The notes beneath the pieces were generated by a model that did no database searches, was not told the DNA's origin, and was given only the letters and a program-made list of their open reading frames with translations. A program made the position numbers and the translations under genes. From the NCBI GenBank assembly GCA_024679065.1, contig JAGIQG010000016.1, forward strand, positions 12,710,001-12,774,000: a stretch of DNA of 64,000 nucleotides, written 5' to 3'. The DNA comes from Sphyrna mokarran (Eukaryota). Of this stretch, positions 12,261 to 24,949 are shown in pieces (position 1 is the first letter of the stretch; the number at the start of each line of letters is the position of its first letter).

Positions 12261-15200
12261 AAAAAATCCCCGATGAAAGAACGACACGCTCTGAGGAGGA
12301 AATGGGAGATCAGAACTTTAAAATCAAAACCTGCCGATAACCGGTAATGATTGAAAAAAATAATCCTTCATGTGAATGAAGAATGTCTGTTTTTACTTTT
12401 TGTTTCAAAAATACACAAAAAAACACTCATTGACATTTGAAGGATAACAAAAACAACCGTTATATTTGTAATGCGGTGAATAAATGCAACCGTTGTACCG
12501 TTGCGTCTCATCAAGAATGTGAAGAAGAAACACGATAACCAGGAATTTCGAGTCCGCAGACGCATTCATTCAGCTGATTTTGAATTAAACCAAGCGAGTT
12601 CAATGCCTTGGCATCGGGAAATTAAATGGAAGTGTGAATATCACAATGAATATTTTTCTAACGTGTAGTTTTTTTAGTTTGGAATTAAATTCCGCATTAA
12701 TATTCTCGCAAAAAATATCATTTCGGGTGGGGTGTGCTTTGAGTCATTGCGGTTTAGGTCTTGGAATTCAGATTTGGCTTCATCAAACTGTTCATGAAAT
12801 TTTGTTTTCACAATGAAATACCTCAGTGATGAATATCAGTGATAGGACCTTGCATGTTTAATTCTTCTTATCGCACCATACCGCCAGCTCAAATGGTGCG
12901 CATACACCTATTTACTCTTACGGGATGCAAATGTGGGTAGCTGAAGTAAAACCAAACAACTGTCACTTGTTTTTGCTCATTTAGAATTTCACTGCAAATT
13001 TTACCACTATTTCACTGCAAACGTCAGCATTATTCAATTTTTGAGACGCCATTATATACATTATTGTCGTTTTGTTACCACTCAGATATTGTTTCTTTTT
13101 TCTCTGACTCTGTGATGGGGATTGTATAGATACGTAGCATGGATCAGTGATTGGCTCACATAATAATTTTGGATATTGTGATTAGGCCATCTAGTCTGTT
13201 TGACGAGATTAGGTATGATATTCAGATATTAAGAATAATATAATAATTTTACCAGGCAATGTAATGCCAGAGAGGCCAGTCAACCCTCATTGACTCTGTC
13301 TCTCTCCTCATGCATGCATGAGTAAATAAATTCATTTTTGTTCTTTAACTATTTACTGCCTTTTACATTCTATGTATTGGTTGAGTAAGGTTCAATAAAT
13401 ACAGAGCACCCCAGGAGATTACCATAGGAAATTTCCTCTTAAACTATCAGAGAATCAACTCCATTTGTGATGAAGGAATCAATTATAGTTTTACTGGTAT
13501 TGCCACGTTTATTTCACTCCTATTGGATCAATTCAACATATCTTCAAAACAACGCGTGGGACTTACATCAACGGTGCAATATGTTTTTTTAACAATAAGT
13601 TTTGTAACGAACATGTTATTATCTGTAAAAAACTGATTCTGCACCGTATGCTTGAAAAATACCACAATCGATTTGCAAAATCTCCCAAAAAAGCGCAATG
13701 TTCTCATGCATGATTCGGCGTCATTTTTAATGGTTATTGGTGTTTAATGAAATAAATAGTTGAAATGGTCAGGAATCTAAAAATATGTCTACTTTTTCAA
13801 GAACATAATGGCCCATGGTTTCAGATTCACACTGAAAAGCCACAGGAGAGAAAACAATATAGACTTTGGACATTTTGGTCTTAAAACTTTCCAGAAACGT
13901 CCACTAACCAGAGCTGGACGGGTTTTCTCACCGTAGCCCAGAAGTGGGCGAATCTAAGCAAGGTAGGCATCTTTTTCGCTGCAGTGTTCTTTTGTAGTAT
14001 CCATACAAACTGCCACTTAATGCGAGATCATTCAACAACTCAGCAGAACAAACATACTTGATGACAAGATATAACGCACTTAGGCACATTTGCATTTGCC
14101 ATCTCAATTTCTGTCCTTCACTCTTACATACTCAGTTAATCACACGAATCCACCAGTCGTTTTATTCCGCTGCAATTGAATGTTAGGGGAACAATCACGA
14201 AATTGCCTTTGTATTCTGATGGAAAACCTCATTGCTCACAAAAAAACCTAATAAACATTCTTAGAAACATCTACTCAGATGTAGACAATTGTTTCAGATG
14301 TCACGATTCAATAAAATTAAAAAAAAATGAAAAATGTTACCAGCAGAGTGAGGGTATTAAATAGTTTGACAGCTGGCATTGTTTGGTCGTTTTCTTTAAC
14401 CAAGACTTGCGCCGTGGGACAACCGACGCATTGCAAACTCTGCAATACTCCATTCAGCACATTTCACCTTTTATTATTTTGCCCTTGTCTCTCTCACCCC
14501 CTCTTCTATAATGGCGTAAATGAAGTATTATTCGGCATTTTTCATCGCTCTTAATATGCCAACTCGCCTCAAATCCTTACATTACAGACCATTCATGTCC
14601 GCCGGCGATCCGCTACATTTTTCATCACTATCTCTTCATTTACTCTCTCTCTCTCCTCTTACATTATTAACGAAACATTGAAAATCCAGGATTGAAACTC
14701 TCGTCCGCAAGGAAACTTGAAGAATATTCGTTGTCCGCATCACTTACTTTTGATGATATATTACCATTTCAACACATGTTTCATCTCACAGAATGCCATA
14801 TTTTGCTTTGCGAATAAACGTGCCAAGGAAATGAGGACATATTGTGGCCCATTGGAAAAATCGCCAATGATCATGATGTAAGCTAAGTAAGCTGCGTCGC
14901 CATCAGTCTATCAGGAGACTGTGTGAACTATACCCTTGCTTCATCCTCCTCCCATGTTTTGCATGAACATTGAAGTTTCTGTGCCAGGGCCATTCCGCTA
15001 CCAGCGCATCACAATGCCAGCCTTCTGACGTTCCAATCGCCATTTATCTCCTTTATTGAACATTTTATTCCTCGTGTATGGAAGCTTTGGAACATTACAA
15101 CTATATCTTAAGTAATTCTTCAGAAATGTTTTTGTTCAACTTTTACGGGCAGTTTTGTTGTCTAAATTGTTTGATTGCAAAAGTTAACACAGCTCCAGGA

Positions 15201-16819
15201 TCCGCAATGTTTGCATGAAACCGATTTTCGCTGCTGCTAGCGTTGTACAATTTAGGTTCTTCAGCCTCGTTCATGCCTCAAAGTGATACATTGACAGATT
15301 TAAACCAATTAATTTCTTCTCGTATTGAGGACAGCCCTGACAAGTGAAGTCGATGTTGTCCAATCATAAATGCTGCAAATATTAATTGCCTTTTGTTGAG
15401 AAATTTTGAGCAGCTGGATTGAAATTCAGAGGGTTTTTGAAGTGCATAAGCTACGACAAATGTTAACTCGCAGTGAGTCCTCAACTGACAGAACAAAATA
15501 TTTTAAAATACTTTCATGACGACTTTCATTCATTAAGTCACATTCATTAAAAAAAAGGTAGGCCTTGTTTTGTATTATTATTCCATCACCAAGTTGACGA
15601 CCAGTGGTTGGGTTTATCATTCATCACTTTTTTTGTTCAAAATGCATCTAAAATTTTAATTCCATTGGCCGTGCAATTGATTCAAAAATGCATGAAATTA
15701 CTTATCCATTGTCTACGCAATTATAAGACCTCACGATGAATGCTCATTAATAATTGTGCTTGTTGTAGGCAAAAAAAAAAATACCTCACGGGCTGTTAGA
15801 GAGTCAAAATACAGTGGATTTTATTTCAAAGCTCTGCTGCTCATTCGAGAGCCTTGGAAACAATAGGGACTACCAAACTTTCATAGAATACAAATTCAGG
15901 TGGGCAATTATACATCTGAATCTGAGAGGCAATCATGATTCCAAGTTTTCCATTCCGGCCCGAACTCCAAGTTTCCTTCCTTGGTCGTGATGCAGTTTCA
16001 AATGTAATCACGACTCGACTCACAATCCAGCTGGCAGCTGCAGTCATGATTCTGGCTTAATCTGTCATGATTCAAAACCCTTCTGCAGCAGTACCGGCAT
16101 CGCTGTCTTTGAAGTTGCTTGTGCGATCGTGGCTGTCCCAGCAGGACTAATCCAGTTAAAAGTCGATATCGCGATCTGTCATCAGCAGCTGTCAAATGCC
16201 GGTATCATAATCTACCATTTGTGTAACGATGTCCGACTAACACAAATAGATAAGATTGACAAAGTGAACGAAATAACAGCTACATTAAATTATCTGTCTT
16301 TGTACAAATGAGAGTTAAAACATGTAATACACGTACAAATAACATATTAATGTCAGGTACAATATAAGCTTGAGAAGTTCAGTCATGATGAAGGTTTATG
16401 GTTTTTTTTAGATATTCTAGGTATAAAATGTATTAGCCCTTTCCTTCAGGTACAAAACGCATTCACTTTTTCGCGACTTTATGCATATCTTTCGAGTGTA
16501 AAGTTCAGAAGACGAAACCGTCCAAGTGGATTATTGACAATCCTGGCTGCAGTAGAAAGCCATTTAGAAATGTATGGACATCGTTCCAATTTCATCGTTC
16601 ACTGCATCCCCGACTGGCTTTCCGCACAAGTTCGAACACGTCATTCATGTCGATCCGCATAAACAATAATGCATAGGATCAGTAACATGCAGAAGAACGC
16701 CCATCCGCTGCACTACCATTTCAAAGGAGCGCAGTTCCAGGGTCATTGAACGTGGATCTCACTTCGGTAAAAACCAAGTTATTAGCTGGAATCTGCAAAA
16801 GTTGACACATCTGTCATCA

Positions 16820-17150
16820 TACAATCATAGAATCCCTAAAATGCAAAAGGGGGAATTTAACTCAAGGGATCAGCTCCGATGCACTTACTGTTTATCGTTC
16901 ACATGCATTCTTTCTGGCATGACTCGTCGCCTGAAAGTTCTTATATGGTTAATGCATCTAACCAGCACATCATTGGTCATATATGAAAATTTAATACGAC
17001 GAATCCACCAAAACTGCACATTCTTAGACATAGAGGAACATTTAGTGTGGTCAATTCACCTAAACTGCACAGTTTTCGAATGCCGAAAGAAAACTGAGCA
17101 ATCTAGGGACACCGACATGGGCCCAACGAGAAATTGCACGCTCCATTCAA
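16820..17150 (-). mobile_element. Degenerate V-domain SINE with LINE-derived tail
   Basis: 'tttagtgtggtcaattcacctaaactgcacagttttcgaatgccgaaagaaaactgagca' matches the antisense V core, and 'caatcatagaatccctaaa' resembles the antisense tail. Confidence 0.65.
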
Positions 17151-20079
17151 TAGGTCATTGCGTTGAATTTGTTTTATTTTCTACAATTTGTTGCATTACG
17201 CTATATTTGGAGAATAACTGATTAATGTGTTTCCACTACATAGATTTGTACTTCATTCACGAATATTTTACCGACGAAAATTAAAACGAAAGGACGCAGT
17301 GGGACCAAATTGCGTACCCCCAAAATCAACTGTGTCTAAACTGAAACATGCAAAAAAAAAAAATGCCAGTTCCCGTCGTCGTTTAATGGATGTTGAAAAT
17401 TAGCACGACTAAATCAGTGAGAGCATGTGGAGGCTGATCTTTCGACCACGTTCCGTTTCAGACTTCCGGTCACTTCAGTCTTCCACAGATCACAGTACTG
17501 AACGAAGAATCCGACCGCTGGTTACTCCAACTGTTTCCTTCATTGACAATGTTAGTTCAATAGTAGCTCATCAGCATTGTTTTCAAGGATTTTTTTAATG
17601 CTTTGCTTCTTGAAATTCGTGTTTGTATAATTCGTAATATTGCAATACCAATTACTTCTAGAGGTTATATGTTTATTTTTATCCAGAGAATCATACTCAT
17701 TTCAATTGTTTTTCAACAATAGAAACTCTAACCGGCAAAATGCTAACTGCTACATCATACTTGCTATAACTGGGAGGGATGTAATGTAGACGTGCCAAAG
17801 TTGGACTGGACTCGGCACAATAAGCTTTGGGAGAGCTGTTCTTTCAATTAACCTGATCAAGGACCAGCACTCTGAAAGTTATTTTTTCAAAACAAATCTT
17901 TTCGACTTTACCCCGGTGTTCTGAAGCATTTCAGCAGGAGAGAAATAATCAAGAGAAATTCATATTTTCCCAATCGTCTTCTCAGTACCAGTGCTGTTCC
18001 ATGTGCAAGGACATTTCACCACAGACCTCCAAATAAACGAAATTACTGGTTTCACTACATGGTTGATCTGTGGCGAATTTTACAAGGACTTTTCACAAGT
18101 TTCCCGATATGCTCACAGCAAAATTCAAGGAACGCTGCAAAACAACAGCTAAACGCGGATTCTGAAATATCAACTGCAGCCTACAGAAGGCAAGCAACAC
18201 AATCTTTGAGAGTAGCTTACTGACCCATGTGTCAATTTTTGCACATTCCAACTAATAACTAGGTTTTTTACTGAAGTGAGATCCACATTAAATGTCATAA
18301 ATATTATCTTTATGTTTCATAAATATTGCGAGAATCATAAGCCCTTCAGTTGCAGCGTTGCTTCAAGTTTTCGTGAAGAGCTGACGACTGCGACCTTGTT
18401 GTTTTGAGGGCATGTTTCCAGTTTTTTGTCCAATGCCAGAGCACAGACTACTGTCACAACATGACTGGCATGGTGGCGCACGCACGTACGTTTTGAAAAC
18501 ACTTGCTGCCAAATGGAGCACAAATTACATCTATGAAAACAGACTGACATCAAACAGCCGATGCGTATAATCTTAGAACAAGATACATGTAAATACATGA
18601 AAACAACCCTTGGAATACATACCGTCAGTTTTTTTTTCTCTCTCTGTGAGAAAACGTGCAACTATTTACATTACCAACAGTAATGTGTAGTGCAATGACT
18701 TGTTTTTTTTTTATATATGTGGATAGATTACTTTGCTTCGGTTCCGGGGGGTATTATTTTACTGAGAATACTCGTGTCTTCGAAATCATTTTTTTTTTGA
18801 CAGAACAAGAAATAATTTGCATCAATGTTCATTTTTGTTGTTGTTGTAATTGTGTGTCTTGATTGCAATGCAGGGAAAAAAAATATTTTTTTTTTTCTGA
18901 AAATGACATCGTCAGTATTCCCAGCCTTCTCTCTCACCTAAAAATCTTCCACTTTGTGAAAACGTCCTCAAATTTTCTGACATTTCTGTTACTTATATTA
19001 AGTCTACACCAGAATTTATTGGTTTGGGTCCATCCATGGCTTGCCGCCTTGCTTTCCGACTCATTTTAGCAAAGATTTTTACAATCATTCCTGAGCAAAG
19101 GAACCACTCGTCAGCCTTCACGTCGGGCATTACTTTGTGTCTCCCTAGCTTCGGATATAGGGCACCATAAATATCTCCTGGAATATGCTTGGTATTTTTG
19201 CGGCAGATGTCCGGAAGCATTAACTTCGATTAGATCGATATGTTGCGCCGCGATCAATACGACAAAATGATTTCTAAAGTCATCTATGAATTATAATGGC
19301 ATTGGTGCTTCAATAACATCTCCAATATGTTTCGATGACATTCTTAAAAAAGAAACCACATCAAAATTCAGAGTTAACTACATAGATCGTGCCTCACACG
19401 ACAGATCTGCCATTCTGCACTTCACATCGTAGAATTTCGGACTCCACCCTAACTAAGCACTCTTCTAAATGACTTTGCGCACCAGAGAAACCACCCACAC
19501 ACGGTTATCCAATTCCTTCTTCTCCCGCAACTGGTGATCCGACCCAACTGACACATGTCTCGATCCCGCAATGCTTTTTCAACAAAAGTGGCATGCCCCC
19601 TCACAGTCTGACCTGCGCCCGATCACAATCGCTTTGCTTCAAGAACAGAAAACTACGCCGCCACAACAGCAAAAAAAAAAATACACATCAATGCGTTGCA
19701 TGTATGTAGTGAGTGCCGATCTGGCGTTTATTGTCATTTCCTGCAGCCACACCCGTGTTATCTTCCGTCAATCGCAAATGACATTGATCGCCAATATAAG
19801 AAAAAATTGGCAGACATTCTTCTTTTCATGTTCGGTCTTTGATTATTTTTTTCCCTTTTCCTGTTTTTATCGGTACCAAATTACTTTCTTATAACATTTC
19901 ACGACGCTCGATTGTACAATGGAAAATGCCGAAGAAATATGACATACACCAATTCCAAGTTACGATCTTTCCTAGAATTAACCATGTTGTTTTTATTTTA
20001 ATCACGTTAGCCTCGATGGCTTAGTATACGCCAAAGATGCACGTTTACTTCAACTGGATTTCAGAGACTGGCATAAAAT

Positions 20080-20400
20080 AGTCCGAACATTGGAACAGGC
20101 AGCATATCAACAACAACTGAATACACTGAAAAAAAACATTCTATCTCCTATGCACCTGATTCCACTTCTGCATTGTCACTTACCATGAAGAACCTTTGCC
20201 TCTCTTGACGTGTACGTATCTAATTACCTCTGACTCAATTGTATACTATGACCCATCTGCGCAGCGTTCTATGACAGATAATTCCAAAGTCAGACCACAC
20301 TCTAGGACAATCAACCATTGTTCAGTCAATATCCAGGAAGTCATGCGATAAATTTTAAAACCTTCAGATTTTGACGGGCTATACATTTCAGAATTCCACG
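20080..20400 (-). mobile_element. Degenerate CR1 3' end
   Basis: 'tatctaattacctc...gacagataattccaaagtcagaccacactct' resembles the antisense of the 'RVV..WN.L' ORF2 end. Confidence 0.45.
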
Positions 20401-22439
20401 AGATCAGCTAAGATGATAATTATGTAGAGCATCAGTCCCAAGCGGGGTAAGGACAATTCTAGGCTCTTTATTTATATGCGGTTATGTCTGGATGCATCCC
20501 CATTCAACGCACTGTCCTTGCGCCTTCACCAAAGCCACTCTAATTTAGAAATGCCAACACAAGTTGCGCTTCGAAATTATGGAACAGCTTAGGATTGGAT
20601 TATCTCCATCCGGACAACCCACCCTTTTCTCAACCACAATGGAAGGAAGAAAAACATAATCAACCTAAAATCATAAAATAGCATGCAAACTCCAGACATC
20701 AATCAAGTCAATATCATATACATCCAGATATTAATCATATGCTGAGCCACTACCAAATGTTCAGAACCTTCCTTAAATGGGCAGACCAGGCACGACACTT
20801 GATGGTGCTTAGAATCAGACTTGTGACTCTTTTTGTGAAGCTCTTATTTGTCAAAAATTTGTATCTAAAAATTACGGATGGAGGAAAGTAAATCAAGTTC
20901 ACACCGCTCACGGTATTACCAAATGATTTCTTTTTCCTCTCTCTGATGGATTTTCAGCATGACAGTAAAATTTCCGAGTTTACAGAAAGCTTTAAGCTCA
21001 CAAAACTAGATGAATGTCCGTGAAATCGTAGACACGTCAGCAAATAAAGAGCGTGGGACTGTCGTCTGAAGTACAGAATTTAACGTCAACGCTCAATAAC
21101 TGTGATGTATCAACACACTTGTACAAAACTTTCCAGAAGGCAAGATAAAAGGGAGGATTTCTATTAAGTAGCTTTCTTTGCAAGCGCAAAAAACAGTGAA
21201 TTATAAAATCTAATTGAAGTTTACGTGGCCTCCCGACGACAAATCTCAGAGTGATTATAGTGCCAAAATACGATAATCAGTAATCCAGCTGAATCGATTT
21301 TTTTTTCATTAGCGCCGAAGATTGACAGATATTCTAATATGCAAAATTAGATAGTATATTGATGCAGTTACGGTAGAGAATGTTCTGCCGAGATTTGAAA
21401 GGTGACATTCCAATCATAAAGACCATTTACTGACCCAATATTATCTCTTCCCTTCTGCAGCTGCCTCGAACCGACATGTAATGAAAACAAAGCCTCTGAC
21501 AGCGATAGTAAAAATTCTTCGGCAAAAAAAAAACAGCCTACTTACAATGTGAATTATTCGCAGTTTGGCTGATGTCTTCCACGATTCGTCTAAACGTCTT
21601 TGTCGAAGACTAATAACAAATTTCATGGCAGCATAATCGTCATTAACTAATCGAGAAATTTGCATAATGATTATTAAGTCAATAATTTCCATAAGTATTG
21701 GTTAAGTGTGTGAAAAACAAATCTGTTTGCATGAAAAAAAACGCTGTTTGTTTAGCGCCAGACGTGTTTTCGAATTGTACTAATCAGACTATCGCCCGTT
21801 AAATCATATCGGCAATTCATTGCATATACAATAGCAAGATTACTGTAGGCAACTCATCAAAATGAACCAACGTTCTTATCTGTAATTACATCCAAATGTG
21901 CAGTGAATCTAACATTACTGTTGCCCATCGTGAGCGTTGGTACAGTGCATCTGTGCAACTTCGAAATGGCTAAATTCGTCCACGACATTTATGTATTATA
22001 CCTCTGACATTGCAGTCTGACCTACGTAGTACTGGCCATTGGCGTGGCACAAATATGAAACTTGTGTTTGAAGATCAAGGTTTATTTCGATTTATTAACA
22101 CAATTCCTCGCATTTCTTTCAGCATGTGATATTTTTTAAAAAAAATCAGCAATGCATTTGGACGCAACATAAGCTTCCATTCCAACCTTCGTATTCCCGA
22201 TGCCCCCAAACACGGTCCTTGCCTCCCCGCCAACACCGACACGTAGCGAACCTTGTTGAACATGTTCCTATACAAATGAATGCGATGTGAAATAAAGTAA
22301 TGGCTATAAACAAGGAATAATATTCAGGATGTGGGAGGTACTTAGAAAAAGGAAAATTTAATATCGCTCAGTTGTGGCGATTACGGTAAATAAACAATAT
22401 TTTCATGAAAACGGTAAGGAGTAACAGCGTGGAAGTTGT

Positions 22440-22870
22440 GGGGGTGAGCCGGGAGAGTTCGAATTGGAGACATTAAATGGTGAATGGATCGAAAATGAAG
22501 AGGCTCAATGGAGTACGTATAGATCCTTAATTGTCTTGTCGCGTTGCAAAACTGGAGAGGCTTTCTGGGAAATGAAGAAACGACAACGTGAGTTAAGGAA
22601 AATATTAATATAAAAAACTGCCTCACTACTAAGAAATTTATTTCAATGGTGGGCAGATTAATGCGTGAAATGCCTTCACTGAGATTTACAAGGGCACAAA
22701 CATATTTTTTAAGAAGCAGTCCAAGTGAGGATAAACATCAATTTGCGACCTAAAATAGTTGAAAGTGGGGATAGTCAGAAATGTGACAAACTGAAAAATA
22801 ATCTGCCCATTTGATGGAATGGATCATTAGTTGATAGCTCATCAGAGACTTCGTGTTTTTTTTCATGTTT
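22440..22870 (+). mobile_element. Degenerate CR1 3' end
   Basis: 'aagaaatttatttcaatggtgggcagattaatgcgtgaaatgccttc...gagatttacaagggcacaaacatatttttta' resembles the 'FFS.RVV..WN.LP...FK..LD' ORF2 end. Confidence 0.5.
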
Positions 22871-23989
22871 TCTTGTCATAATAGCATTGAAATTGTTCGG
22901 GGACATTTTCACTAGCCTGCTGCTTATTTGAAAATACGATTTGTTGGAACAACGCCTGGGTGCTTTAATTCACATGTTTTCAACTTTGTGTATAGTTGTG
23001 CAAAATTTGATCAGTAAGTAATGAGCACCACAAGACAATTGTCCATTGAACTATCTCAGTGGACATTGCATTATGTACGAGAAAATAATCAAAACTCCTC
23101 TTTCTGCCATGGCGCCAACAATGTCCAACAGCATTTAAGTTTAACTGGGAAATAGAGACTGCTATATGTGACTCAACATTATTCGGCAGCACACGATCGA
23201 CATTCTTTTCCTTTTTATCAAATTTTAATAATGCATTCCTGAAATGGGAAGCCAATTCGCTGCTAGTCTAGAGCCAATCTGTACTACATCAAATCTGCTA
23301 TTCTGTCTGACACATACGTATTGCCGACCCAGAATTCATCACCTGCAGAATTTCTGGCACATGCGGTACAGGGGATTTTTTTTCTCTCAAATATAATCAC
23401 AAGTGATGGAATCCCACATCAATTGATTGTAGCTAGATATATCAACTGAAAATTACTTCTTAGATAATCATTCATTTCTTTACAGACCATTCCGTGACAT
23501 AAAAATCCCCTCTTAGGTTTGCTTGTTTTTTTTTCAGAAAATACATATTTTCACCATCCCCTTGTTGTGTTAATATGTTTATGCAATTGCAAAGTCCAAC
23601 CATCTGAAACGACTGTATAGACCGACAATATTTCTGATTAAGAGTAATAACATTCGATAGGACGTCGTGTTATAATTGACTGAAACATATATTTTGAGAA
23701 CGCCGGTTTTGAAAAACAAAACTCTGCTGAAATTACTCGTGCTCTAATTTATTTTATACCTGCAGATTAATTGATTTGAAAACCGTACTCGAACTGCAAG
23801 ATACATAAAGTTTAACAAATATTATGTCTAAGTGGTTGCATTGTTACGATAAAGCGACACTAATGGAGAATTGACTAACTACGAGAAACTCAAGTTCAGA
23901 AATATAAGTTGTAAAGAAAGGTATTGATGTAAGCTGTGTGATTTGCATACGTTTGCTGAGGAGATAAGACACGTCAGATGAATCTCAAA

Positions 23990-24385
23990 ATTAGGGAACG
24001 TGAAGTTGTCCATTCTTAGATGATCGATAGCATGACTATTTGCTATTTAAATATGGATAAAGTATACACGATTCAGACGCACACAGAAATGGGTATTTCT
24101 ATTTACATGAGTCAGAAACAAAATATGAAAGTACCGGCCAATTTATGAATCAAAATTGAATATTGAAATTTATTGTGAGAGAGAATGCGCCGTCAGTTAC
24201 ATGTTTTATAAGTTAAATCCTTTCAGAACTTAATTCTAGTAGTAGGTTCGGTTTTCATCTCCCAACAAAGGGACGAGGTAGCAGGCGTTCGAGGCTGTAC
24301 ATTGAAGGATCATTAGGCTAATTACTAGGTTGAAGTGTCTGTTTTATGAGGAATATGCATCAAGGCTGCGGCGACATCTATTGGA
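23990..24385 (+). mobile_element. Degenerate CR1 ORF2 fragment
   Basis: 'tgaagttgtccatt...ttcatctcccaac...ttcgaggctgtacattgaaggatcattaggctaattactaggttgaagtgtctgttttatgagga' resembles the 'C.V.H...WSP...LE.VQRR..RLI.G...L.YEE' region. Confidence 0.55.
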
Positions 24386-24462
24386 ATGTTGGGGAATGAG
24401 AGCTCATTTTCTAAAACAGCGAAATTCTGTAGGACTGGTGAAGGCCAATGCTGATACTGTTA

Positions 24463-24654
24463 TCATGCTTATATTATTTGCTGTTTGGAGATGCTCTAAA
24501 TTATTCCATTCAGTTTAGTCCTCTTGAATTTATATACGGACGTGAAGTAAGAGGGGCTTAAAAATTTATTCACAGGAAGTTGCTTGGGCCAATATCGGGT
24601 ATGTCGTATTTACATTATGTAGCTGAATTGGGAGAAAGGTTAGCCGGAAGTACA
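24463..24654 (+). repeat. Inverted duplicate of the Gypsy integrase C-terminal segment at 26254-26429
   Basis: The two segments align as reverse complements over most of their length. Translation gives 'FSPLEFIYGREVRG' and 'MSYLHYVAELGERL'. Confidence 0.9.
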
Positions 24655-24691
24655 TACGTTCCCACGCATTTCCCTTCCCTCTACCCCCGCC

Positions 24692-24692
<1 letters not shown>

Positions 24693-24732
<40 letters not shown>
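24693..24732. repeat. (CA)n microsatellite
   Basis: Direct reading. Confidence 0.95.
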
Positions 24733-24737
<5 letters not shown>

Positions 24738-24949
24738 ACACACGCACATGCATACGCAGCTCTGAGAACACAATCATGTTCCTGTAAAAAACACACTGCT
24801 GAGCACCTAGTTGATTGTGTCGATGGCAAATTTCAATGTTTTGGGGAAAAAAATCGCTAAAATGTGTGCCGTGATGAAAAATCTTTTTTTTTAAAATTCT
24901 CAAGTGTAGTGCACCGTGAGTTTTTTTTTTTCACCACATTGTTCAGTTC

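Noticed and set aside
15990-16075. SRCR-like 'CSHDSGLIC' on the plus strand
   Set aside because: It is produced by the repeated TCATGATTC DNA motif, has an upstream stop, and lacks the other SRCR residues.
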